Shown: one piece after another, positions 1 to 9,598 of the stretch
How the letters are laid out: each line of letters starts with the position of its first letter
Numbering within the stretch: position 1 is the stretch's first letter
DNA from: Gemmatimonadota bacterium
Lineage (GTDB): Bacteria > Gemmatimonadota > Gemmatimonadetes > Palauibacterales > Palauibacteraceae
NCBI GenBank assembly: GCA_036679495.1
Contig: JAZDDE010000064.1
Coordinates: forward strand, 631-64,630
Length of the DNA: 64,000 nucleotides
Direction: 5' to 3'
Translations under genes and position numbers: made by a program
The notes under the pieces: generated by a model
Database searches by the model: none
What the model saw: the letters and a program-made list of their open reading frames with translations, nothing else
Told to the model about the DNA's origin: nothing

Positions 1-750
1 GGCGCTCGCTATCGCTGCCTGGCCGAGAAGCTCCTCGGCTCGCGGTCCGCCGGAGGACGCTCCGGCAGCATCCGTGATGCCGATGCGGTGCCCGAGGAGC
101 TCATCCACGAGCACGTCGATCCGGCTCAGAAAGAAACTCGCCACAGAGGTTACAGAATCGACTGTTTCACCTTCATCCAGTCTGCGGCGTAGTCCGCGGA
201 TGTACGCCCGGGCCACTTCCTCGTAGTCGGAGACCGAGAACAGTAGCGTCACGTTGACGCTGATCCCCTCGTAGATCAGCTGCTCAATGGCCGGCGTACC
301 CGCCGGTGTGCCCGGAATCTTGATATACAGATTTGGACGATCGACCCTCTCGCACAGCCTGCGGGCCTCATCGATCGACCCCTCGGTATCGTGGATGAGA
401 TGCGGCGACACTTCCAGGCTGACGTAGCCGTCGCGGCCGGCGGACTCATCGTACACAGGTCTGAGGATATCACACGCGTCCTGAAGGTCCGAGCAGGCAA
501 GTTCCTCGTACGTCGCCATGAGCGATCGTCCGCTACGCACGAGCTCTTCGATCTGCTCGTCATACTCATCCCCGCGCGAGATAGCAGCATGAAAAATCGC
601 TGGATTCGAGGTTACACCGCGGAGACCCTCCTGCCCAACCCGTCTCTCGAGCTCGCCGTCGCGGATCATCCGCCGGCTCAGGTTGTCCAACCAGTAGCTC
701 TGTCCGTGCTCCAGGAGTTCGCGGAGCGTGGCGTGCGTCGACTCAGTCAT
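1..750 (-). CDS. tal: Transaldolase (long type); 3' end runs off the left edge of the window
   Basis: Manual reverse translation from the ATG (complement of 748-750) gives MTESTHATLRELLEHGQSYWLDNLSRRMI..GVTSNPAIF..DGYVSLEVSP..NLYIKIPGT..GISVNVTLLFS. The frame is open to position 1, and it is absent from the ORF track only because no stop lies in the window. ATGA overlap with the rpiB stop; pentose-phosphate neighbours. Confidence 0.85.
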   Translation of the reverse strand, partial: MTESTHATLRELLEHGQSYWLDNLSRRMIRDGELERRVGQEGLRGVTSNPAIFHAAISRGDEYDEQIEELVRSGRSLMATYEELACSDLQDACDILRPVYDESAGRDGYVSLEVSPHLIHDTEGSIDEARRLCERVDRPNLYIKIPGTPAGTPAIEQLIYEGISVNVTLLFSVSDYEEVARAYIRGLRRRLDEGETVDSVTSVASFFLSRIDVLVDELLGHRIGITDAAGASSGGPRAEELLGQAAIASA

Positions 751-1202
751 CGGGCCAAATACTTCCTCTCGAGAGCCGCAAGCTTTTCCAGCCTTCGGAC
801 GTGCCGTTTCTCACCGGTAAAGCGAGCCTGCATAAAGCTGTGGAGCACTTCACTCGCGAGCGCCGGTCCGATAACCCGCTCTCCGAGGCACAGCACGTTA
901 ATGTCGTCGTGCTCCACGCCCTGATGGGCCGAGTACGTGTCGTGGCACACACCGGCCCGGATGCCCGGAATCTTGTTGGCCGCGACTCCTACACCCACCG
1001 CGCTGCCACAGACCAGCACGCCGCGGTCCGCCTCTCCGGCAGCCACCGCCTCGGCCACCGCCTGCGCGTAGTCCGGGTAGTCTACGGCCTCCAGACCATG
1101 CGTTCCCAGGTCGGTCACCTCGTGTCCCGCACTGGTCAGTTCGAGGGCCAATTCCGACTTGAGGTGATAACCGGCATGGTCGGACCCGATCGCGACCTTC
1201 AT
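747..1202 (-). CDS. rpiB: Ribose-5-phosphate isomerase B
   Basis: 151 aa. MKVAIGSDHAGYHLK..VLVCGSAVGVGVAANKIPGIRAG..NVLCLGERV is typical RpiB/LacAB. Overlaps tal and tkt by 4 nt each. Confidence 0.9.
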   Translation of the reverse strand: MKVAIGSDHAGYHLKSELALELTSAGHEVTDLGTHGLEAVDYPDYAQAVAEAVAAGEADRGVLVCGSAVGVGVAANKIPGIRAGVCHDTYSAHQGVEHDDINVLCLGERVIGPALASEVLHSFMQARFTGEKRHVRRLEKLAALERKYLAR

Positions 1203-3180
1203 TCGATGTTCTCCAGTACCGCCAGTGCCCGCGCCGCCACGGTTTCCGCGGTGAAGCCGAACTGGCGAAACAGCTCCGGAGCCGGAGCGCTGGCGCCGTA
1301 TCTGTCGATGCCCAGGACATCACCCCGTTCTCCTATCCACTCGTGCCACCCAGCCGTGCTTCCGGCCTCGATCGCGACTCGCGCCCGAACCCCGGGGGGC
1401 AGTACTTCGTCCTTGTACTGAGCGGGTTGTGCCCGGAACTGTTCCCAGCAAGGCATGCTGACCACGCGGGCCTGGATTCCTTGCGCCGCCAACAAGGCCC
1501 GGCCTTCCAGCGCGACGCTCACTTCGGATCCAGTGGCCATGATGAGTACATCCGGATGTTCACTCTCGCTGTCTGCTGCCACATACGCCCCGCGAGCTAC
1601 GCCGGACGACAGAGCATCGGTCGGCTCCAAGATGGGCAGTTTCTGGCGAGTCAGGACAAGCATCGTCGGACCCTCTGTCCGCCGGACGGCGTACTTCCAA
1701 GCGGCAGCGGTTTCGTTTGCATCGGCCGGCCGCACTACGTGGAGGCCGGGCATGGCGCGCAAAGAGGCCAGGTGCTCGATGGGCTGGTGTGTGGGACCGT
1801 CCTGTCCCAGGCCGATGGAGTCGTGTGTCATGATATAGATCACCGGCAGCCCCATCAGAGCCGCCAATCGAATGGCGGGACGGGCGTAGTCGGTGAACAC
1901 AAAAAACGTGGCGGCGTACGGCCGGATGCCGCCGTGAAGAGCCATACCTGAACACGCCGCCGCCATGAAGTGCTCGCGGATGCCGAAATAGATGTTCCGC
2001 CCGGCGTACGCGTTCGCCCCGAAGTTCCCGGCGCCCTCGAGCAAGGAGTTATTGGAGCCTGCCAGGTCGGCACTGCCGCCGATCAGCCAGGGAACCTGGC
2101 TGCCTATCGCGTTGAGCACCTTTCCAGACGCTGACCGGGTGGCGATAGGCCCGCTTTCAACGCCGAACTCGGGCACTCCTGCGTCCCAACCCGCAGGCAG
2201 AGCGCCCGCGATCGAAGACTCGAGCTGGGCCGCCAGGTCGGGATGGCGCTGACGATACGAGTCGAGCGCTTCGTTCCAGGCCGCCTCCGATTTTTTTCCT
2301 CGATCGACGGCTTCCCGCATATGTTTGCGTACCCGGTCAGGAATCCGAAACACCTCATCCGTGGGCCAGCCGTAGGTCCCTTTGGTGAGTACGACTTCCT
2401 CTTCACCGAGCGGGGCCCCGTGGGCGGCCGACGTGTCTTCCTTGTTGGGAGAGCCAAACGCGATATGAGACCGGACGATTACGATCGAGGGTCGCTCGGT
2501 CTCCGCTCGCGCGTTGTCCAGGGCCTCGGCCAGGGCCGGAAGATCGTTGGCCTGGTCTCCGAGATTCTGGACGTGCCAGCCGTAGGCGCGAAAGCGGCCT
2601 GGTACATCCTCCGCGAGGCCCCTTCCATCAGGTCGCCATCGCTGCAGATCACGTACGTGTGATGATCGATGATCTCATGGCCGGGGCGATTGTAGACGGC
2701 GGCCAGATGAGCCTCCGCCATAGCCATTCCGACCGCCGTCATACAGCCCTGCCCGAGCGGACCTGTCGTCGTTTCGACACCCGCGGTATGGCCGAACTCG
2801 GGATGCCCCGGAGTCTGGCTGTTCCACTGCCGGAAATTCTTGATTTCCTCCAGGGACAGATCAAACCCGGTCAGGTGAAGCATCGCGTACTGAAGCATGG
2901 ACGCGTGACCCGCGGAAAGAACGAATCGGTCCCGGTCAAACCAGCGCGGATTCTTGGGGTTGACCCGCAGCTGGCGCGCCAGCAGGTAGGCGACCGGCGC
3001 CAACGCCATGGGAGCCCCAGGGTGTCCAGAGTTCGCCGCCTGAACGGCGTCGATGCACAGCGTCCGGATTGTGTTGATACTGAGCTGCTCGATCGGCTCG
3101 GGTTCCGCCTGGGCCGCGGCAGCGGCGAGTGGCGCCACGTCGCTCATCGGCGTGGTATCATGCATTCCGCTATTCGTCAT
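1199..3180 (-). pseudogene. tkt: Transketolase, split into two frames by an internal deletion near 2620
   Basis: ORF 2479..3180 encodes the N-terminal part (..[29 protein letters not shown]), then goes out of frame. A second frame resumes with [50 protein letters not shown] and runs into ORF 1199..2353 (..THDSIGLGQDGPTHQPIEHL..). About 30-35 residues between MEG and the xEDVxxRFxAYGWHV motif are missing. Confidence 0.85.
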
Positions 3181-3293
3181 CTGTTGTCTTGGTATCGGGA
3201 GCCGGTCGATCGGCAGGTAGAAGGACTACCCACCCCACGTTACCACGCTGGCGAGCGGTGCGCACCTGCTGTTTGGAAGGCAAACGACTTCGA

Positions 3294-3824
3294 CTAGGAG
3301 GCGGCTTGAAGCTTGCTCTTTTCGGCCGGTAGGGACTCGGCCTGCTTGCCGGAATCAGTCGCGGAATCGATCGTCGCAACGTCTGGAAGATCGTATACCA
3401 GAACTCTGTTTACTGCGTCCAGGACGGCTCTTGCCGCACCTCGGGCCAGGGTCTCGCGAACTGCCACGGCTCCGATGTACTTGCGGCAACTCTTGCCTGC
3501 TTCCCTCAGGCAAACCATGACGACTTCGCCATCGAACGCGCGTACTCGCTTGAGGCCTATCAGTTCGAAGCCCGGTCCCATTCCAGAGGTCTTTACGGCG
3601 GAGATCGTGGCCAGCGCTGCCAGCCGGGCAATCATGTCCTCATGTCCGACACCCGAGTCTTCGCCGACGAAGGTCTGTCCCAACCATTCGAGTTCGACGT
3701 GCACTTCGAACCCGGCGCCGCGGTCTCGAGTTATCTCCGCCGCCCTCAGCTTGACGCGTCCGGCTGAGACCAAATTGGACTTTCCAGCAGCTTTCTTACG
3801 GGCTCGTGGCCTGCGTGTAGTCAA
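3294..3824 (-). CDS. Hypothetical protein with a basic N-terminus and two similar ~60-aa segments
   Basis: 176-aa ORF with coding-like composition and no family I can name. N-terminus is MTTRRPRARKKAAGK. Two segments each end in an Ala-rich helix (..IARLAALATISAV and ..LARGAARAVLDAVNRVL). Confidence 0.5.
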   Translation of the reverse strand: MTTRRPRARKKAAGKSNLVSAGRVKLRAAEITRDRGAGFEVHVELEWLGQTFVGEDSGVGHEDMIARLAALATISAVKTSGMGPGFELIGLKRVRAFDGEVVMVCLREAGKSCRKYIGAVAVRETLARGAARAVLDAVNRVLVYDLPDVATIDSATDSGKQAESLPAEKSKLQAAS

Positions 3825-3911
3825 CGTCCTCTCCTGTCCGACTCAGGCGCTGCGGCACTTCGTTTCTATCACGCTGCTGCAAGTTCCTCGCCACCTGGAT
3901 AGTTTCGCCCG

Positions 3912-4272
3912 GTGAGATCGAATAAATCGCCGAATTTTCCCACTTTATTCGTAGCCGACCTGGCCGAAAAGGTGGTGGGGGATCGGCTGGCGCTGGACAC
4001 GTATCTGATTGCGATGAATGACGATTCGACTGAACCGCGGCTCTGCTCGACCCCGGCGGAGTCCCACTCGCGGAGAGGCTGTCCGGGTGGGGCGGAACGG
4101 AGCGCCTGACTGTCCTGGTCGGGCCGGAGAGTGGGTTGACCGGCGAGGAGCGGGAGATGAGCGCCGAGGCGGGTTTGTCACGGCGGGCCTATCCTCTCGC
4201 ACCCTACGCTTTGAAACGGCCGCGCTCGCGGCGCTGGCCGTGGTCAGCCAGAGGGCGCTACAAAGCTCGTAG
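3912..4272 (+). pseudogene. rsmE: Remnant of 16S rRNA m3U1498 methyltransferase RsmE (about 100 of ~240 codons, spread over three frames)
   Basis: Frame 0 reads ..PTLFVADLAEKVVGDRLALD (RsmE-like N-terminus). Frame 2 from ~4038 reads AALLDPGGVPLAERLSGWGGTERLTVLVGPESGLTGEEREMSAEAG. Frame 1 from ~4174 reads FVTAGLSSRTLRFETAALAALAVVSQ, the classic GPEGG..E..aGf..LG.rILRtETA C-terminus. The central ~130 codons are absent, and there is a 1-nt shift at the TTT run at 4174-4176. Confidence 0.55.
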
Positions 4273-4295
4273 ATCTCTAACCTCGGGGGTGGGGC

Positions 4296-4640
4296 GTGGA
4301 CAATCGGTGTCTATTTTGCAGGATCGCGAGCGGTGATATTCCGGCCACTATCGTGGCAGAAGGCGAGCATTGGATCGCATTTCGGGATATCGAACCGCAG
4401 GCGCCCGTCCACGCGCTGATCATTCCCCGGCGGCACATCGCTAGCCTGGATGCTCTGTCACTGGACGAGCGAGACCTTGTTGGCGATCTAGCGCTGGCCG
4501 CCGCTGAGATAGCCCGCCTCGAAGGCATCGAGGAAGGATATCGAGTAGTGACGAACATCGGAGAGCAAGGTGGCCAATCTGTGTCTCATCTCCACTTCCA
4601 CGTGTTGGGCGGGAGGAGAATGTCGTGGCCCCCAGGGTAG
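4296..4640 (+). CDS. HIT family (histidine triad) nucleotide hydrolase
   Basis: 114 aa. CLFCRI..G..P..IV; C-terminal SVSHLHFHVLGG histidine-triad motif. Confidence 0.9.
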   Translation: MDNRCLFCRIASGDIPATIVAEGEHWIAFRDIEPQAPVHALIIPRRHIASLDALSLDERDLVGDLALAAAEIARLEGIEEGYRVVTNIGEQGGQSVSHLHFHVLGGRRMSWPPG

Positions 4641-7042
4641 AATCCCAGACCGCCCTGGAGTTGCTCGACTGGCCTGACGTTCTGGATACCATCGCGGTCG
4701 AGGCTGCCAGTGATGCGGGCAGGGTCCACGTTCGGCGGCTTCAGCCGCGGTGGGACATGGAGGCGGCGGAAAGGGTGCTCAGCTGTGCCGACGAGATGCT
4801 CGGCCTCCTGCTCATTGAGCCCGAGTGGGCGGTTCCTCCGGTCCCTGGGGTCGAGCCCTGTCTCAGACGTCTGGGCGTGGACGGGACTGTCCTTGCCGGT
4901 GAGGATCTGATCGCCCTATCCGTTCTGCTAGGATCGGCGCGCCGAGCCCGGTCAGATCTGAGACGCCTGGCGGCCGAACGTCCGCTGCTACTGGAGATTC
5001 GTGGCGGCTTACTGGAGCACCGGCCTGTTGAAGATCGCCTGACCCAGTCGTTCGACGCCTCCGGAGAACTTGCCGATTCGGCTTCACCCCGGCTCAAGAA
5101 GATTCGCGGCTCGCTCCGCCGGGAGCGCAGTCGCCTGGTTCGCCGATTGGAGGACTACTCGGCCAGACTTCCGGCCAGGCACCGGGTACCCGACGCCTCA
5201 GTCACTATCCGTGCTGGCCGCTACTGCGTACCGGTTCGCCGCGAGGGTGGAGGTGAAACCGGTGGAATCGTTCACGACCGATCGGCTACGGGCCAGACCC
5301 TGTTTGTTGAGCCGCAGATGGCTGTGGAGGCCATGAACGGAATCCTCTCGAAGGTGGCAGAGGAAGCCGCTGAAATCAGAGCCATTTATGAGTCCCTGAC
5401 TGAGGAAGTAAGACCGCTTCGGGCGGGGCTACAAGGTGCGTACGAGGCTTTGGCGGAACTGGACAGTCTTGTCGCACGCGGTCGGTATTCGCTCAGGCAC
5501 GGCGGGAAACGGCCCTCTTTCGGGGCAGGCTCCGGTGCGGGCTACCGGATCGTCGAGGGACTTCATCCGCTGTTGTTGGACGCAGAGCTCGCCGCGGTCC
5601 CGTTTGATCTCGAAATGTCCCCGGACGAGTCCGTGCTGCTCGTAAGCGGACCCAACGCGGGGGGCAAGACGGTGCTACTCAAGGCCATCGGCCTGCTCTC
5701 AGTGATGGCCCAGAGCGGTATCGTTCCGCCCGTGGGCCCGGGTACGGAGCTACCGGTATTCGGCAGTCTTTTTGTGGCGATCGGGGACGATCAATCAATT
5801 GAAGCCTCCCTGTCGACGTTCAGCGCGCAGCTTGAAACGATCAAAACCATCCTCGCCTCCGCGGATGATCGGACCCTGGTGTTGTTTGATGAACTGGGAG
5901 GCAGCACCGACCCCGAGGAAGGAGCGGCCCTCGCGGCCTCGGTTCTTCTCTCGCTCAGCAACCAGGCCCTTGTTACGGTCGCAACCACTCACCTTGGGTC
6001 GCTGAAGGACTTGGCCACCGAGGAGCCTCGCATCGTAAACGCTTCGCTGGCATTCGACACTGCCGCCCTCCGGCCCACGTTCCAGCTGAGACGTGATCTT
6101 CCGGGACGGAGTTATGCCCTCGAAATCGCGGAGCGACTCGGGTTGCCACCCAGCGTGATTGAAGAGGCTCGCCGCCGTCTATCCGTCGAGCACCGGCGGG
6201 TCGAGGATTTGTTGGCTGATCTGGAAAGCCGGGAGCGTGCTCTCGCCGCAAGCGAGCGGGGCGTGCGGCGGGACCAGGCTCGGCTCGAGGAAGCGGGTGC
6301 CCGGGTCACGCGAGACCAGGCGGAGCTCGACGCCCGGTCTGCCGCGGACCTGGCCGAGGCGGGCACGAAGTCGGAGAGGGTCGTCCTCGACGCACGGCGT
6401 GAGATCGAAGCTGTCATCGACCGCCTCCAGGAGCGGTACGCGCGGGAGCCGGAGGTTGCCGCTCGACAGGCCCGCGTCGATTCCGAGCGACTTCTGGACC
6501 GGGTCCGTTCCGCCGCGCAAGTCAGCGGCCCGGACACTCGCCAAGTAGCCACTCCACTCAGGTCGGAATCCTACGACTCCGGTGCCAGCGCCGTGGAAGA
6601 AGGCGGGTACGCCAGGTCGCATTCGCTCGGGACGGTAGGCCGGGTCCTCGAACTACGGGCGCGCGAGGTCGTTCTCCTCGTTAACGGGGTGCGCATGACT
6701 CTACCGCGATCCGATCTGCTACCGGCCCGCGAGAGCGACGCTCCGGTGCCCGATGCCCGGCAAACCGAGCGTCCCACAAGCGACGAAGTTGCGCGCACGC
6801 CAGTTTCAGAGGTAGACCTGCGCGGACTTCGGGCCGATGAAGCCGAGACGACACTAGTCCAGGCGCTCGACTCAGCCACGGTAGGCGATCTGCCTTATCT
6901 GCGAGTTATTCACGGCAAGGGTACCGGAGTTCTTCGGGCCATGGTAGAACGATTCCTCCGATCGGAGCCCCGAGCGCCACGATTTCGGATCGCGGACCCC
7001 GAAGAGGGCGGGACAGGTGTCACCATCGTCGAGTTCAGATGA
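4625..7042 (+). CDS. mutS2: Endonuclease MutS2 (MutS domain plus C-terminal Smr)
   Basis: 805 aa. Walker A GPNAGGKTVLLKAIG, DELGGSTDPEEGAAL and TTHLGSLK motifs. C-terminal Smr region is EVDLRGLRADEA..LRVIHGKGTGVLR. GTG start overlaps the HIT gene by 16 nt. Confidence 0.9.
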   Translation: MAPRVESQTALELLDWPDVLDTIAVEAASDAGRVHVRRLQPRWDMEAAERVLSCADEMLGLLLIEPEWAVPPVPGVEPCLRRLGVDGTVLAGEDLIALSVLLGSARRARSDLRRLAAERPLLLEIRGGLLEHRPVEDRLTQSFDASGELADSASPRLKKIRGSLRRERSRLVRRLEDYSARLPARHRVPDASVTIRAGRYCVPVRREGGGETGGIVHDRSATGQTLFVEPQMAVEAMNGILSKVAEEAAEIRAIYESLTEEVRPLRAGLQGAYEALAELDSLVARGRYSLRHGGKRPSFGAGSGAGYRIVEGLHPLLLDAELAAVPFDLEMSPDESVLLVSGPNAGGKTVLLKAIGLLSVMAQSGIVPPVGPGTELPVFGSLFVAIGDDQSIEASLSTFSAQLETIKTILASADDRTLVLFDELGGSTDPEEGAALAASVLLSLSNQALVTVATTHLGSLKDLATEEPRIVNASLAFDTAALRPTFQLRRDLPGRSYALEIAERLGLPPSVIEEARRRLSVEHRRVEDLLADLESRERALAASERGVRRDQARLEEAGARVTRDQAELDARSAADLAEAGTKSERVVLDARREIEAVIDRLQERYAREPEVAARQARVDSERLLDRVRSAAQVSGPDTRQVATPLRSESYDSGASAVEEGGYARSHSLGTVGRVLELRAREVVLLVNGVRMTLPRSDLLPARESDAPVPDARQTERPTSDEVARTPVSEVDLRGLRADEAETTLVQALDSATVGDLPYLRVIHGKGTGVLRAMVERFLRSEPRAPRFRIADPEEGGTGVTIVEFR

Positions 7043-7164
7043 CGGAGTGCTTTCCCGCGCGGGGTGCTTTCGTTACCCTACTCGAAATTGGAGATGAAGA
7101 GCATAAGGGCAGTGGTTTCGTACTTGTTGGCCGGCGTCGTCCGGAAAAGGCAGGCTGACCGCTC

Positions 7165-8872
7165 GTGGTGAGCGACACGGTCGTCGAGGAGGTTCGCGAA
7201 CGAGCCGATCTCGTCGAATTGTGTAGCGATTACAGCAAGCTGAAACGCACCGGCCGAACCTGGCGTGGGCCGTGTCCCTTACACGGAGGCGAGGGACCTA
7301 ACTTCTCGGTCGACCCCGGCCGAGGCATATTCAAATGCTTTGTTTGCGGCGAAGGCGGAGACGTCTTCGCCTTTTTTATGAAGCATTCCGGTTTCGACTT
7401 TCCTTCTGCTGTGCGCCACGTGGCCGCCCGAGTCGGCGTTGACGTTCCCGATGATGCGCCAGCTAGGCCGGACCCGTACGGACACCTGCGTGAAGTCGCG
7501 GCCTTCGCTCACGAGTGGTTTCAGCAGCGGCTGCTTGATGAGGACGAGGGGCGGCGGGCGCGTTCGTATCTCACCTCACGGGGATTCAACACGGAAGACA
7601 TAGAGAGATTTGGCCTCGGCTTCGCACCGGCCGCCTGGCGATCCCTGCGTCAGGCGGCGTTGGATCGGGGCATTCCGGAGGCTCACCTGACTGAGGTCGG
7701 CCTGCTGGCCCAGAGTGAGCGAGCGGACCAGCCCTACGACCGGTTTCGTGACAGGCTGATGTTCACGATCTGGGACCGGCGCGATCGTCCAATCGGATTC
7801 GGCGGTCGCGCGCTTGGGTCAGGCCCGGACCAGGGTCCCAAGTACATCAACTCGCCCGAATCGCCGATCTTCAAGAAAAGCGAGGTACTGTTCGGCCTCA
7901 ACTGGGCGCGGCACGCGATCAGACGAGAGGAAAAAGTGCTGATCGTCGAGGGATTCCTCGACGTTATCGCCATGCAGCGAGCAGGCTTCGCGAACACGGT
8001 AGCCGCGCTCGGCACGGCGCTGACTACTGACCAGTCGGCGCTCATCGCGCGATTCGGAAAGAAGGCGATTCTCCTGTACGACAGCGACAAGGCGGGTCTC
8101 CGCGCCACGTTCAGGGCCGCCGACCGGTTGTTAGCCGAGGGGGTGCACCCCTTGGTCGTGACGCTTCCCGAGGGGGAGGATCCAGATTCTGTGGTGCGGT
8201 CGACCGGTCCGGAGGGCTTGGCATCGCTCATCTCTGAGGCCATGGATGTTATGGAGCGGAAACTCCAGATTCTGGACCGGGGCGGATATCTGGATAGCAT
8301 CGAGGGCAAGCGGCGAGCCCTGGATGGCATACTGAGTACTCTGCGAGCGGTTCGCGAAGAGGCTCTTCTGGATCTGTATCTGGATGTCGCATCCGACCGC
8401 ACCGGAGTGCGGCGTGAGACACTGGTGCACGAAATCGCAGCCGAGCGGCGGCCGAAGGTACGTGTAGGAAGCGAGCGGGCCTCGGCCGCAGCGAGAGATT
8501 CCCCGCGCGAGCCGGGTCCGGATGACGCAGCCGAACGCATCCTTGTGCTTCTGTTGGTCCGCGACCCCGGATTGGGCGGATCCCACTGAAATCGACCACG
8601 CTGCGGACCTGTTTGACGCATCGGCTCGGCGACTGTTGTTTCGACGCCAGGTGGACAGGCTTGACGAGATCGATCGTGAGTTGGCCATGACCTCCGAGGA
8701 CGACGCGCAGGCCCGCGAACTGTTGCAGGAAAAAGAAGATCTCGCGCGAGTTCTCCGCGACGCGGGCGTTGCCCTGAGTTTTCTTCGCCGGGTGTCACGC
8801 GATCGCCCGACCTGGCGCAGCGCCGACAACGAGATCAGAAGCGAGTCCGACTATATATCCCAGAAGGAGTGA
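7165..8872 (+). CDS. dnaG: DNA primase DnaG, reading frame broken by an apparent 1-nt indel in a C4 run (8565-8568)
   Basis: ORF 7165..8589 has the CHC2 zinc finger (CPLHGGEGPNFSV..FKCFVCGEGGDVFAF), the primase core (YINSPESPIFKKSEVLFG) and TOPRIM (LIVEGFLDVIA..LLYDSDKAG). The C-terminal helicase-binding region continues in the other frame (ORF 8522..8872: ..DWADPTEIDHAADLFDAS..). Confidence 0.85.
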
Positions 8873-9594
8873 CGATGGTTGAGAGTGAGACCGTAGAGAC
8901 TCTTCTGTTTCTTCAGGAGATCGACGACAGTATCGGGTTGAATTCAGCCCAGGTGAGGGCGCTCGAGGCGGAACTGGAAGGCCTCGGTACGAGAGTAAGC
9001 GATGTGCAGGACCAGGAAAAAGGGCTGACAGAGAAGCTCCGACGAACGGAGGAACAGCTCAAGCTGGCGGGACGGACTGTCCAGGCCGGACGGGAGACCC
9101 TCAAGCGACTCCAGGAGCGGGCCCAGGCGGTTCAGAACATGCGCGAGCACCTGGCAGCCAGGTCGGAAGTCGATGCAGCGCGAAACAACCTGGACCTGGC
9201 CGAAGAAGAAGTGCTGGAGGCGATGCAGTCGTTCGAGAGAGCCAAGATCGCGCTCCAGGACCAGCAGCAAGCCCTTGCGGACGCCGAGGTGTTACTCAAC
9301 GAGCGCAAGGCCGAGATAGAGATTGAGCACGCTCGGTTGGCTGACCAAATCGCGGTCCAGACGGACCAGCGAAAAAATCGAGCTCTTCGGATCGATGAGC
9401 GAGTGATCGATCTGTACGACTCGGTCCGCGGCGGACGAACCGGCAACGCGCTCGCGCCGGTACTGGACGGAGTCTGCGGCCATTGCTATATGGCGATTCC
9501 GAAGCAGCGACAGGCGGAGATTCGAGCGGGACGGGCTCTGATCGTCTGTGAGGCGTGCGGCGTGATCCTGCACGTTCCCGATAGCTCACCCTGA
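8869..9594 (+). CDS. Coiled-coil protein with C-terminal C4 zinc ribbon (COG1579 / zf-RING_7-like)
   Basis: 241 aa. Long heptad-like coiled coil, then ..CGHCYMAIP..(x)..CEACGVIL, a CxxC..CxxC pattern. ATGA-type overlap with the end of dnaG. Confidence 0.75.
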   Translation: MTMVESETVETLLFLQEIDDSIGLNSAQVRALEAELEGLGTRVSDVQDQEKGLTEKLRRTEEQLKLAGRTVQAGRETLKRLQERAQAVQNMREHLAARSEVDAARNNLDLAEEEVLEAMQSFERAKIALQDQQQALADAEVLLNERKAEIEIEHARLADQIAVQTDQRKNRALRIDERVIDLYDSVRGGRTGNALAPVLDGVCGHCYMAIPKQRQAEIRAGRALIVCEACGVILHVPDSSP

Positions 9595-9598
9595 CCGG

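Noticed and set aside
276-1421. ORFs 276..590 (-), 391..924 (+), 801..1421 (+) and 898..1323 (-) at the left end.
   Set aside because: They are alternative frames of tal and rpiB. The real tal frame is missing from the ORF track only because its stop lies outside the window.
7734-8798. Long antisense ORFs opposite well-supported genes. Examples: 7734..8798 (-) 354 aa in dnaG, 12977..13927 (-) 316 aa, 14177..15136 (-) 319 aa, 49393..50439 (-) 348 aa, 51261..52787 (-) 508 aa in pcrA, 62616..63842 (-) 408 aa in infB, and 20357..21127 (-).
   Set aside because: All are Arg/Ser/Pro/Ala-rich low-complexity translations with no recognisable motifs. They lie exactly opposite genes with strong family signatures. 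This is the expected stop-codon-poor shadow frame of GC-rich DNA.
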